Assembly (NCBI GenBank): GCA_016187745.1
Contig: JACPJC010000006.1
Location: 104,005 to 168,004, forward strand
Direction of reading: 5' to 3'
Origin: Candidatus Iainarchaeum sp.
GTDB lineage: Archaea; Iainarchaeota; Iainarchaeia; Iainarchaeales; JAXPJC01
DNA length: 64,000 nt
Shown: in pieces, positions 48,567 to 57,577 of the stretch
Layout of the letters: the number at the start of each line of letters is the position of its first letter
Position numbering within the stretch: position 1 is the first letter of the stretch
Made by a program: the position numbers and the translations under genes
Notes under the pieces: model-generated
Told to the model about the DNA's origin: nothing
What the model saw: only the letters and a program-made list of their open reading frames with translations
The model's database searches: none

Positions 48567-48863
48567 ATGGCGAAGAAAAAGAAGGCCAAACCTGCAAAGC
48601 CCAGGAAAACAAAGAAGAAGGGCAAGGTTGCAAGGAAAACCAGGAAAGCGGTTAAGAAGAGGGCTAAGCCCGGGAAGGCAAAAAATGCCTCTAAGAAGGC
48701 CGGGAAGAGGGCAAGGAAGATTGCTGTTGTTGAGGTGCCTGCCGAAGGAAAGGCCCAGGAAGAGGAGGATTATGCCGGAGCCCCCGAAGAGGAGCTTCCA
48801 GGGGGGGCAACAGGGGAAAGCTACGAGCAGCCGGATTATGAGGAATGGGAAGAAGAGGAATAG
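48567..48863 (+). CDS. Low-complexity protein, Lys-rich N-half and Glu-rich C-half
   Basis: SD GGAGG, upstream TATA (TATTTATAA), and T-rich terminator-like tract downstream. Confidence 0.75.
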   Translation: MAKKKKAKPAKPRKTKKKGKVARKTRKAVKKRAKPGKAKNASKKAGKRARKIAVVEVPAEGKAQEEEDYAGAPEEELPGGATGESYEQPDYEEWEEEE

Positions 48864-48911
48864 GCGCCTTCTGCCCTTTTTTGTTTTTCCTGTTTTATTT
48901 TTTTAATATTA

Positions 48912-50057
48912 TTATTCCAGTTCCACAACAAGCCTTTTGTCCTTGAGATTCAGCTTTGGGGAGAGTTTTGCTATCTTAGGATTGGATTTTGCCAGATTAT
49001 ACATAACATCTTCCGGATTCCTTTTTTCAGAAATCGCGCGCTTAATTTCCTCAGCAATGCTGTTAAGGAGCGCATAATTCCTGTAAATCAGCTCTGCCGC
49101 CATCCTGCTGGATTCAATCTCAGCCTCATAAGACTTTTGCGCAGCCCCCTGCCGCCCTATGCTGAATTCAATCTGGGCAAGCGCCTTTCCTGTTCTCTCA
49201 TTCTGCTGCCTTTCCGCAGCAGCAACAGGGATTTTGTTGAAGCGCTCGTCAAAGAACTTATTAAGCGAGGGAACTCCTGCGGAATTGGAAGGGGGAACTG
49301 ATTTTAGGGGAAAGGGAACTATTAGGGAATGCTCTGCGGTTTTTATTGCAGCCGGGGCAAGTTTTTTTGCATCTATTGCGTGGAGGGAACGAATCTCCGC
49401 ATACAGCGCGGTTATTTCTTTAGCGCTTAGCGAGCCTCCCGTTCTGTCCACTGAAAGCCCCGCCCTGAAGCAGGCTTCTCCGGCGATGATTGGGGAAATG
49501 TTCATTTTCGGAACAAGGGTTTTTATAATCCCTGAAGCGCTTCCCTTAAGCAGCGCGGCAAGCCCGGATTCTGAAATTGCCTCGGCCCCCAACCCCTTTG
49601 CCTTGGGAAATTCATAGGGGGCATTCCTTTCAGTTCTCCTGTCCTTCAGCAATTCCCTCCTGTAGGGCAGGAGGATTTTGTTGCTTTTGTCTGTAAGGAT
49701 CATATTTCCCTTTGCAAAAAGCTCAAGTATCAGATTGCAGCCCGCGAATTCCATTATGCATAGCCTGTCCAGATTGTGCTGCCTGAAGGAAATGATGCGC
49801 CTGTTCAGCAGATGCTTCTTCAGGAACTGCGCATAGGGGCTTTCCTTCTGGGGGGCATTGAACTTATAGGAGGTAAGGTAGAAAATTTCCGGCCTTATTA
49901 TGAGATCGGCGCTGCCCTTTTCCTTAATGTGCAGGCGGAAGCGGAACACTCCCCTGTCAATCTCCTGGATTTTATTTATGAAGGCGCCGCTTATTGAGGC
50001 GCCTATCTCAAGGAGCAAGTATGCGATTGTCAAGTTTGGAATCTGGATTTCCGGCAT
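48912..50057 (-). CDS. Rqc2/NEMF (NFACT) N-terminal half
   Basis: HNLDRL, LILELFAKGNMILTD, PYEFP, HhH region and start of the coiled coil. No C-terminal NFACT-R domain. Confidence 0.82.
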   Translation of the reverse strand: MPEIQIPNLTIAYLLLEIGASISGAFINKIQEIDRGVFRFRLHIKEKGSADLIIRPEIFYLTSYKFNAPQKESPYAQFLKKHLLNRRIISFRQHNLDRLCIMEFAGCNLILELFAKGNMILTDKSNKILLPYRRELLKDRRTERNAPYEFPKAKGLGAEAISESGLAALLKGSASGIIKTLVPKMNISPIIAGEACFRAGLSVDRTGGSLSAKEITALYAEIRSLHAIDAKKLAPAAIKTAEHSLIVPFPLKSVPPSNSAGVPSLNKFFDERFNKIPVAAAERQQNERTGKALAQIEFSIGRQGAAQKSYEAEIESSRMAAELIYRNYALLNSIAEEIKRAISEKRNPEDVMYNLAKSNPKIAKLSPKLNLKDKRLVVELE

Positions 50058-50079
50058 AGAATAAGTATGCACAACGCAG

Positions 50080-50934
50080 TTAATATATTTTGTTTATTTG
50101 GTGCAGTACCGCGACTTTAATCAGTTTTGCAAGGGTTTTGTTTAGTGTTTTAAAATTGGCATTTGTGTTTTTGTTTAATGTGGATAGCGCATTTGATGTT
50201 TTTGCCTGCGAGGACTTTGAATTTGTGGTTATGCTTCTGCCTATTTGTTTCATTTCTGCAGAGATTTTCCCATAAGTCCTATCCAATCTGTTGAAATTGG
50301 TTTTTGTGTCATCTTTGAGCTCTTCAATATTGCGGTCAATCCGGTCAAGCTTGTCAAGCTTGCTGTTTGTTGAATCTGCCTTGCAAATCAGGCCGTCCAG
50401 TTTTGAGTTTGTCATATCTGCTTTTGAAATCAGTCCGCCTAACTTGTCCAGTTTTGAGTTTGTTGCATCTGCTTTTGCAGCCAATTCATCAAGCATATTC
50501 AGCTTTTCAAGCTTTTGGTTTGTCAGCTCAGTTTTTGCATCAACCCCCTTCAGGGTTTTATTCATGCTGTTCAGGATGCGTGATGCAATTTCAGTCCTTT
50601 CCAGCATTTCCCCGGAAAAGTTTTTTTCTGCCCCATAATCCACTTCAAAAAAATCAGGCCAGAATTCCGGCTCTGAATAGCCTTTCTGGTTTTCAAAAAA
50701 TACAGCGGTCTTTTCAACATGCAGGCTCAGCGGGTCTTCCCTGCCTTCCTTTACATCAATCTTTTCCGCAAATTTTTCTATTGCTGGTTTGCGCGCTTTG
50801 CAGTATATTTCAACATTCCCGCCAGGCAGATTCCTTACAAGCCCGGAAATTTGCATGTTCCTTGCTGTCTGCCTTGCATAGGCGCGGAACCCAACTCCCT
50901 GCACATTCCCATAAACAAGGATTCTTGCTTTCAT
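50080..50934 (-). CDS. Acylphosphatase-domain protein with coiled-coil repeat tail
   Basis: GNVQGVGFR, GLVRNLPGG, tail repeats ADxTNSKLD. Confidence 0.85.
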   Translation of the reverse strand: MKARILVYGNVQGVGFRAYARQTARNMQISGLVRNLPGGNVEIYCKARKPAIEKFAEKIDVKEGREDPLSLHVEKTAVFFENQKGYSEPEFWPDFFEVDYGAEKNFSGEMLERTEIASRILNSMNKTLKGVDAKTELTNQKLEKLNMLDELAAKADATNSKLDKLGGLISKADMTNSKLDGLICKADSTNSKLDKLDRIDRNIEELKDDTKTNFNRLDRTYGKISAEMKQIGRSITTNSKSSQAKTSNALSTLNKNTNANFKTLNKTLAKLIKVAVLHQINKIY

Positions 50935-51003
50935 TGCAAATAATAAGAAGTGAAGCTTATTTAAATACTTGCTTATTTTACGATTATTGACGATTTATAT
51001 AAA

Positions 51004-52197
51004 TCAGAGGTATTTCATCATTATCTTAACAAGGCCCGGCCTTTTCACAAGCTTCTTTGCGAACAATATGAATTTTGCCTTCTTGTCCAAATCCCCCGAG
51101 GCAATTTTCAAAACATCGTCTGCAGTAATGGAATCTGCAAGATATTCAAAATCCGCATCAGAAAGCTTCTCAAGGAGATGCCTGCCCTTAAGGCGCTTTT
51201 TCAATTGATTTCCGCGCAATGCATACCATTTTTGGGTGTATTTCCCGAGGAATTTTTCTGAAAAATCGTTTTTTGCAACTGCTTCCGAGGCGACTTCCGC
51301 TGCAAGCGCGCCTGCCTCCATTGAAATCCCTATTCCTCCCCCGTGGATCGGGTCAACCTGGTGCGCGGCATCCCCTGCGATTAGCAAATTATCAGAATGC
51401 ATTTTTTCAAGGAATCCCCCTACTGGAATCCCGCCTGAATTGACTTCAATAATGCTGCCCTTCGAAAGATTGGGATGGGAGGCAATGAATTTATCCAAAT
51501 AGTATTTTGCTGTTTTTTCAGCATAGCCGGCAATCCCTATTCCGACGTTTGCTGTGCCCCTGCGCTTCGGGAAGATCCAGCAGTATCCCCTGGGTGAGAT
51601 TTCATTCCCGAAATAAAGGTGCAGCAATTTCTCATCATAGCCGTCAATTCCTGTAAGCTCATACTGGAAGCCCGAATCAACATCCGGCAATTTGTTTGTA
51701 GTATCAAGGCCCAGCATGCGCGCAATGCGCGAATCAATCCCGTCGCATGCAATTATGAGCGGAGCGGAATACTGCTTAATTTCGCCCAATTCATTCACAT
51801 CAATGACAACATTCCCGTTTTCCCTGCGCGCGCTTTTCACATTGCTCTTCAGCCTTATTTTTGCGCCCTTTTTTACAGCATCAATTGCGAGCGCCTTCTC
51901 AAACATCTTTCTTTCAAGCACATAGCCCGCTACTTTCTTTGCCTTCAGCACAACACTCTTTCCCAAAGGGGAATAAAGCGCGGCGCCGTAAATCGGCATA
52001 ACTGCCCATTCCTTGCTTGGCTTCAAACCAAGGCGCCTGAACCATCCTAGCCCAAGGCCTTCGGCGCAGCGCTTCGGGCAGCCAATCTCCTGCTTCCTGT
52101 CAAGGACAAGGGCATTGATTTTCCGCTCGGCAAGCTTTGCTGCTGCGCTCAGCCCCGCGGGACCCGCGCCAATAATTATCACACCGTATTCTTCCAT
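51004..52197 (-). CDS. Digeranylgeranylglycerophospholipid (geranylgeranyl) reductase
   Basis: GAGPAG, CAEG, PRGYCWIFPK (PxxYxWxFP), GDAA, GGGI. Confidence 0.9.
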   Translation of the reverse strand: MEEYGVIIIGAGPAGLSAAAKLAERKINALVLDRKQEIGCPKRCAEGLGLGWFRRLGLKPSKEWAVMPIYGAALYSPLGKSVVLKAKKVAGYVLERKMFEKALAIDAVKKGAKIRLKSNVKSARRENGNVVIDVNELGEIKQYSAPLIIACDGIDSRIARMLGLDTTNKLPDVDSGFQYELTGIDGYDEKLLHLYFGNEISPRGYCWIFPKRRGTANVGIGIAGYAEKTAKYYLDKFIASHPNLSKGSIIEVNSGGIPVGGFLEKMHSDNLLIAGDAAHQVDPIHGGGIGISMEAGALAAEVASEAVAKNDFSEKFLGKYTQKWYALRGNQLKKRLKGRHLLEKLSDADFEYLADSITADDVLKIASGDLDKKAKFILFAKKLVKRPGLVKIMMKYL

Positions 52198-52201
52198 TCT
52201 C

Positions 52202-52384
52202 TCACTTCTTCTCAATTTTGCCCAACGCGCCCACAGGGCACATGCGGATGCACGCAAGGCAGTCAATGCACTTGCTGTTGTCAATCTCAATGCGCACTTC
52301 GTCCAGCCCTATGCAGTTTTTCGGGCAGACCGCTACGCATGCGCCGCAGTAGCAGCATTTCTCCCTGTTCACTTTAACCCCCAT
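52202..52384 (-). CDS. 2[4Fe-4S] ferredoxin
   Basis: CCYCGACVAVCP and CIDCLACIRMCP. Confidence 0.95.
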   Translation of the reverse strand: MGVKVNREKCCYCGACVAVCPKNCIGLDEVRIEIDNSKCIDCLACIRMCPVGALGKIEKK

Positions 52385-52436
52385 ATCACATCACAAAAGC
52401 ATAAAAATAGGGGAAACAAAGCAATAAAAACATAAT

Positions 52437-52844
52437 TCAATGCTGTCTGCCTGAAATTAATTCCTCAGGAGTTTTTGTTTCAACATATTTGGCTGCTTCT
52501 TTGCGCAATCTTCTGTCCTCAGTTATAAGAATGCAATTAAGCTTCATTGCGGAGCATACAATCGGCTTGTCTGCCTTGTCGGTAAGTTCTACTCTGGAAG
52601 TTTCTTCTCTTGATGGGTCTGCGACAATTAGGCACGCTTCTTTGATTATATCAACAGAATAATTGATTGCTGTTTCATCTGCATGAGATTTTTCTTTCAA
52701 TATTTTTCTAAGCTCTTTGATTGCAAATTCATTTGTATATTTTTGTGTGCGATGCTCAAGGAGAATTTTATGGCTTATGCCATACTGAAATGAAAGCCCT
52801 GAGAATAAAACAGTGGTGTCTAGGAACAGCGGCTTATTCGCCAT
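52437..52844 (-). CDS. PIN-domain (VapC-like) toxin
   Basis: LFLDTTVL, E, DKAD, LITED. Confidence 0.88.
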   Translation of the reverse strand: MANKPLFLDTTVLFSGLSFQYGISHKILLEHRTQKYTNEFAIKELRKILKEKSHADETAINYSVDIIKEACLIVADPSREETSRVELTDKADKPIVCSAMKLNCILITEDRRLRKEAAKYVETKTPEELISGRQH

Positions 52845-53097
52845 ATTGCTCAGCATAAACCTTTCTTCCAATCTCTCTGCATATCTTCACAACATCTTTT
52901 TGCGTTATGTGCCTTTGCTTTGCAAGCGCCTCTAGTTCTTTCAGAACATCTTCTTTGACGAATGCTGCCTTTCTTAGAATTATCTCGCTATCCCTCTCGG
53001 CGACCTCCAAAACCGTGCTTGTGCCTATTCTGTGCTTCTTTCTTATGAAAGCAGGCAGTGTTATTTGCCCATGGATATTCACATTTACGTGGGTCAT
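52834..53097 (-). CDS. AbrB/MazE-type antitoxin
   Basis: GQITLPAFIR...IILRK. Overlaps the PIN gene; SD GGAGG. Confidence 0.88.
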   Translation of the reverse strand: MTHVNVNIHGQITLPAFIRKKHRIGTSTVLEVAERDSEIILRKAAFVKEDVLKELEALAKQRHITQKDVVKICREIGRKVYAEQYGE

Positions 53098-53110
53098 ATT
53101 CTTGCCTCCT

Positions 53111-53142
53111 GTATTAATTTATTAAAGTATTAATTTATTAAA
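53111..53142. promoter_or_regulatory. 16-bp perfect tandem repeat in the toxin-antitoxin promoter (probable operator)
   Basis: GTATTAATTTATTAAA twice, 14 nt upstream of the AbrB start. Confidence 0.6.
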
Positions 53143-53158
53143 TCTATTGATTGCAGCG

Positions 53159-53749
53159 CTATACGAACTGCTCATAATTCTGCGCGTTGAACTTGTAGAG
53201 GAAGCGCCTGATTTTCGCGCCATTGAATGAATAATTTGCAAGAACTTTCTCCCTTTCCCCCGAGAATTCCATAAATGGCTTTTTCTGCGCAGCATCCAGC
53301 AGAATGAACTTTCCCCCGAACTCCGTAATTGCAAATGCATGCGTATCTGCATTCTCAAGCTCCGCCACAACGACTTCCGCCTTCTCATCCCCGAGCGCAT
53401 AAAGCACGCTGCACATAAGGACTGCAAGGTCAGAATCGTCCGCAACTTTTGCTGAAAGTATTTCCTTCGGGGCAAGCCAGATGTCAAGGCCCAATTCGCT
53501 CGGGATATAGGAGATTTCGGCGCAAATGAAATTGTATGCGCCTTCCGCTGCCTGCAGGTAATGCGCGCCGAATTCATAATTTTCAGGCATTTGCGCGGAA
53601 GCAATCCCCTGGATTGTAAGGTCCTCGGAATTGACAAGCGCCTTTATTTCCCCCACTGTCTTTGTTTCCTTCTCGTTTATCAAAGAGGAATATTTATCCA
53701 GAAGCAGGCGGTAAAGCCTAAGGCGCAGCCCGGTTTCAGTTTCAGCCAT
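53159..53749 (-). CDS. Transglutaminase-like protein lacking the catalytic Cys
   Basis: AYNFI..I.Y, WLAPKEIL, ADDSD in place of GDCDD; THAF and LLD retained. Confidence 0.7.
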   Translation of the reverse strand: MAETETGLRLRLYRLLLDKYSSLINEKETKTVGEIKALVNSEDLTIQGIASAQMPENYEFGAHYLQAAEGAYNFICAEISYIPSELGLDIWLAPKEILSAKVADDSDLAVLMCSVLYALGDEKAEVVVAELENADTHAFAITEFGGKFILLDAAQKKPFMEFSGEREKVLANYSFNGAKIRRFLYKFNAQNYEQFV

Positions 53750-53829
53750 CAGATGAAATATATGGGAAAGAAAGGGGTATAAATGATATAGTATTTATAA
53801 TAGAAGCGCATTCTTATATTGGAAATAAC

Positions 53830-55251
53830 ATGCGGCAGAAAGGGCAGGAAGCGGTTGAATACCTTGCGGTAATAATAGTGATGCTGCTTATTGTCGGGAT
53901 TATTTTTGTGTATTCGCTTGACCTTTCCCAGCGCACCGTAATAACGGAGCAGGCAAGGAATGCCGTAAAAACCCTCGCGAATTCCGCGGACCTTGTTTAT
54001 GCCTCCGGCCCGGGAAGCAAGATATATGCGGAAATAGAGCTGCCTGCAAACCTTGAGGGGGAAATCCTCGGGGACAATGAAATAGGCTATAAGGTCAGAA
54101 TAGGGGATGCACTTACCGACATATATGAGGTGACAAAGGCGCAGGTTACCGGGGAGCTTCCAATAGAGGCGGGAAAGCATTCAGTTGCGCTTGAGATGCT
54201 TGACAGCGGGTTTGTTAGGATAGGCGCAGGATTGATATTGAGCCCGAACAAGATTGCAAAAACAATTCTTCCGGGAAACAGCTCAAGCGAAACCCTTACC
54301 GCATGGAATTCAACTTCCGCTTCCCTTTCCGGAATAACAAACTCGAAATCCGGGGGCATTGATGCGTTTACAAGCTTGGGGGCAATATCCTCAACGCTTG
54401 ATGCAAATGCCTCGGACAGCTTTGACGCGCTATTTAACATTCCCTCGGGAACCTCCTCATCCACTTACTCCGGATATGTTGCTGTCGATTCAAATTCCGG
54501 GCAGGGGGACAGGGCCCTGGTGCAGATATTCGTGCCGCAGGTCCTTACAAACATCAATGTGAAGGCCTATTCCGACTCAAATTATTCCTCGCATTCAGTC
54601 AATTTCGGAATCGGCTCAACTGTTTATTTTGAGGTTCTTGCCTATGACCAGGGCGCTTCGCCTGTTTCGCTTTCAGACCTTAATGTTTTTGTGAAAAACC
54701 CTTCCGGAAGCGATGTGAATGTGTTCAGGAACTTAAGCGCGCCGAACGGGAGATACCTGGGGACTTTCAAGGTTCCGTGCGATGGCGCTTCCGGAAGCTG
54801 GACAATACTCGCAAACGGAAAGGCGTATTCCGCAGTGAGCGACTCAAATAATTTCAATGTAACAACAGTGGAGCAGCAGAGCTTCTTCGAGTTTGACTGG
54901 CTTACCGCGAGCTTTGCCTCCGCAGGGAAACATCTCAATGATTGGACTATCCGCAATATTGGCTGCGGAAGCATAACAATAACAGACATGAATGTCGCGT
55001 GGTTCAATGATGCGGACAATGCAAAGCTGAAGAAAATAAGATTCAGCAATTCGGAAGTGTGGAGCGGCACATCTTCAGGAAACAGCTTCCTGAACATAGA
55101 TGATTATTCCATAGGCGCCGGCATAGAGATAAGCACAAACAACAAGCTTGAATTTGATGATGAAGTGAATGACAATTCAGAGCAGTTCATCCTTACATTC
55201 AAATTCGGGGACGGAAGCACATACAAGACCCCAACATACTCTGCAGGCTGA
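53830..55251 (+). CDS. Pilin-like protein (class III signal peptide) with Ig-like extension
   Basis: KG|QEAVEYL plus hydrophobic helix; Ser/Asn-rich beta domains. Confidence 0.85.
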   Translation: MRQKGQEAVEYLAVIIVMLLIVGIIFVYSLDLSQRTVITEQARNAVKTLANSADLVYASGPGSKIYAEIELPANLEGEILGDNEIGYKVRIGDALTDIYEVTKAQVTGELPIEAGKHSVALEMLDSGFVRIGAGLILSPNKIAKTILPGNSSSETLTAWNSTSASLSGITNSKSGGIDAFTSLGAISSTLDANASDSFDALFNIPSGTSSSTYSGYVAVDSNSGQGDRALVQIFVPQVLTNINVKAYSDSNYSSHSVNFGIGSTVYFEVLAYDQGASPVSLSDLNVFVKNPSGSDVNVFRNLSAPNGRYLGTFKVPCDGASGSWTILANGKAYSAVSDSNNFNVTTVEQQSFFEFDWLTASFASAGKHLNDWTIRNIGCGSITITDMNVAWFNDADNAKLKKIRFSNSEVWSGTSSGNSFLNIDDYSIGAGIEISTNNKLEFDDEVNDNSEQFILTFKFGDGSTYKTPTYSAG

Positions 55252-55261
55252 TGGGAATTTT

Positions 55262-55654
55262 ATGAAGGGCAGCATAGGGATTGAAACTATTGCGGTTGTA
55301 ATGCTCCTGCTTGCGATGTTCGTAATCATAAATCTTTCAATAATAAACAACACGGATTTGGTAAATGCGCTGTCCGAGCAGTTCAGGCTGCAGGCAGAAT
55401 GCAAGAAGGTTGCGGGCATAATAAGCGGAATTTACAGCGCGGGGGACGGCGCAAAATGGCAGGGGGAAATTGACAGGAATGCCGCAGTTTATTCCGATTA
55501 CATTGACTTGTGGGATGGGAATTCCGGGTTCCCTGAACTTAAAAGCGTTTACTGCGCATTTTATGCGGATCTTAATGAAAGCGATTTCAATCTGGCAAGC
55601 GGGGGCATAATTGTTGAAAACAGCAGCGGGAAGGTTGTGATAAAAAATGCCTGA
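55262..55654 (+). CDS. Minor pilin-like protein
   Basis: KG|SIGIE plus hydrophobic helix. Confidence 0.8.
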   Translation: MKGSIGIETIAVVMLLLAMFVIINLSIINNTDLVNALSEQFRLQAECKKVAGIISGIYSAGDGAKWQGEIDRNAAVYSDYIDLWDGNSGFPELKSVYCAFYADLNESDFNLASGGIIVENSSGKVVIKNA

Positions 55655-56135
55655 ATTCGGGAATTCCAGAGGGCAGGTGGTTTCATATGACCTGATGATT
55701 GCAATATTCATATTCCTGCTTGTTTTTGCATTTGCGCTGAGCGTTTGGCAGAATTCCATTGGCGCAATTGCAGGGGAGAAAATCCTTTATGAAATGAAGA
55801 ATTCCGCAGTGCAGATTTCAAACCAGCTTGTAATGACCCCGGGAGTTCCGAGCAACTGGCATCTTAGCGGGGATGCGAACCTTTATGGCTTCGCATTGTC
55901 AAGGCGCGCGCTTTCGCTGCAGAAGCTAAATGCATTCAAGGCGCTGGATTACAATTCAGCAAAGGGCAGAATGGGAATTGCCGATTATGACTTCTACATA
56001 AAGATTGAGCAGGACCTGAACAAGGCCTATGAGGCAGGAAGCATAAAAAGCGGCGCAGAGATTGCAATAAATTCATCAAGGGTTGTGAGCTACAATGGAA
56101 AAAATGCGATATTTTATTTCACGCTCTACAAATAA
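55647..56135 (+). CDS. Minor pilin-like protein
   Basis: RG|QVVSYD plus hydrophobic helix; TPGVPSNW. Confidence 0.8.
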   Translation: MPEFGNSRGQVVSYDLMIAIFIFLLVFAFALSVWQNSIGAIAGEKILYEMKNSAVQISNQLVMTPGVPSNWHLSGDANLYGFALSRRALSLQKLNAFKALDYNSAKGRMGIADYDFYIKIEQDLNKAYEAGSIKSGAEIAINSSRVVSYNGKNAIFYFTLYK

Positions 56136-56139
56136 CGGG

Positions 56140-56571
56140 ATGCGGAAGGGGCACATGCTGACCCTCGATGCCGCATTCTCAATAGTCATACTTATGGCCC
56201 TTGTGGGGATCATGGGCTATGTGCCATTGATGGGGAGCAACGACCCCTACTCCGGGCTCAATATGCAGAGGAGCATGAATGATGCGCTTGACCTGCTTGA
56301 TGCGCAGGGGGTCCTGCAGCAGTTTGATTCGAATAAAATTTCCACGGAGATAGATTCAGCAATGCCCGTGCAGTATTCGTGGAGGATGCGCATTGAGAAA
56401 TTCTCCTATGCGAATGACTCATTTACGGAAAGGGATGAGATAAATTTCGGCGCGGGCGATGCAAACCTCTCGGGAAAGGATTTGATGCACGGGAGAAGGC
56501 TTTTCCTTACATTTAAGGACAATGAAATTGAGTATTTCTATGATGCGCAGTACTGGGTATGGGTGAAATGA
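56140..56571 (+). CDS. Minor pilin-like protein
   Basis: KG|HMLTLDA plus hydrophobic helix. Confidence 0.8.
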   Translation: MRKGHMLTLDAAFSIVILMALVGIMGYVPLMGSNDPYSGLNMQRSMNDALDLLDAQGVLQQFDSNKISTEIDSAMPVQYSWRMRIEKFSYANDSFTERDEINFGAGDANLSGKDLMHGRRLFLTFKDNEIEYFYDAQYWVWVK

Positions 56572-56705
56572 TGGGGCAGAAGGAAGGGGTCAGGATTAAC
56601 CTCAAAACTAAGGAAGGTATCGGAAACGTAGTTTCTGATGGAAAACTGGTGGAAACCTTGGTTTCCCGCGGTTTGGTGCGGGTGAAATAATGGGGGGCAG
56701 GGGAA
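56561..56705 (+). repeat. Hairpin element site B, bracketed by an imperfect duplication of the stop/start junction
   Basis: TAAGGAAGGTATCGGAAAC-GTA-GTTTCTGAT (56609-56639) and GGAAACC-TT-GGTTTCC (56651-56666). Flanks GGGTGAAATGATGGGGCAG (56561) and GGGTGAAATAATGGGGGGCAG (56680). Confidence 0.85.
56571..56690 (+). CDS. 39-aa mini-ORF spanning the hairpin element
   Basis: MGQKEGVRINLKTKEGIGNVVSDGKLVETLVSRGLVRVK*. TGATG overlap upstream and TAATG overlap downstream. Confidence 0.5.
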   Translation: MGQKEGVRINLKTKEGIGNVVSDGKLVETLVSRGLVRVK

Positions 56706-57538
56706 TTATATTAACGCTGACAATACTGCTGTTCAGCCTTGCGGTTATAGGGCTGAGCTCGCAATTGAGGGAAAACACAAGGCTGCTTGAGCAGAATGCG
56801 CAGTTTGTTTCCGCAATAGACAGGGTCGCATACAAATTTGAGAATGTGCAGGACAACATATATGACATAATGCTCAACGTAGGGAACATGGATTTTGATT
56901 CAAATGCCGAAGCGATATGGTTTTATGAGAGGCTGCCCGAGAAAACAAAGAAGGACACTTACCAGATTGACCTGGATGCGTACAGGGAATTTGTCTTCCT
57001 GCATTCTGATGCGCTTGATGTGAACATAAATTCAGCAACTGTGGACGTGAGGGATTTGCTCGTTTCCCCCTATGACATAAACTACACGCACTCGAAGGAC
57101 AAGGGGAAATACTACAATGAAATTTCATATTCCCCTGAAAGCCTTAATTTTGAGGGCTATTTCATTGACATTACCCTGCAGAACCAGGATTACAACGGGA
57201 TAATAAAAAACATGAAAACGTCTCCAACCAACAACATAAATCTTGATTTGGTAATAAGGAACAGCACAAAAATTACTGAGAATGAGCTGCACTACACTGA
57301 TGTGGACCCTACAAAAACCAGCACAATAACAGTAAAGACCTCCGGCGTGGCGCAGAAGGACATTGAGATAACAATAACTCCCACAGGAGTCCTTACAATA
57401 ACCAACAACAATCAGGTCCCAATAGACATAAATTCGGGAATAAATTTCGGGGCGCTTGCGACTGAAATGCCAATAGTGGAGCTTCCTGACAATATGGTTG
57501 TGGTGGGGAGCGCGGACTATAATGTAGAAAAGAGGTAG
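56690..57538 (+). CDS. Minor pilin-like protein
   Basis: RG|IILTL plus hydrophobic helix; last of the pilin run. Confidence 0.72.
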   Translation: MGGRGIILTLTILLFSLAVIGLSSQLRENTRLLEQNAQFVSAIDRVAYKFENVQDNIYDIMLNVGNMDFDSNAEAIWFYERLPEKTKKDTYQIDLDAYREFVFLHSDALDVNINSATVDVRDLLVSPYDINYTHSKDKGKYYNEISYSPESLNFEGYFIDITLQNQDYNGIIKNMKTSPTNNINLDLVIRNSTKITENELHYTDVDPTKTSTITVKTSGVAQKDIEITITPTGVLTITNNNQVPIDINSGINFGALATEMPIVELPDNMVVVGSADYNVEKR

Positions 57539-57577
57539 GATTAATAATTAATAAAATATAATATTCTTGGTGCAAAA

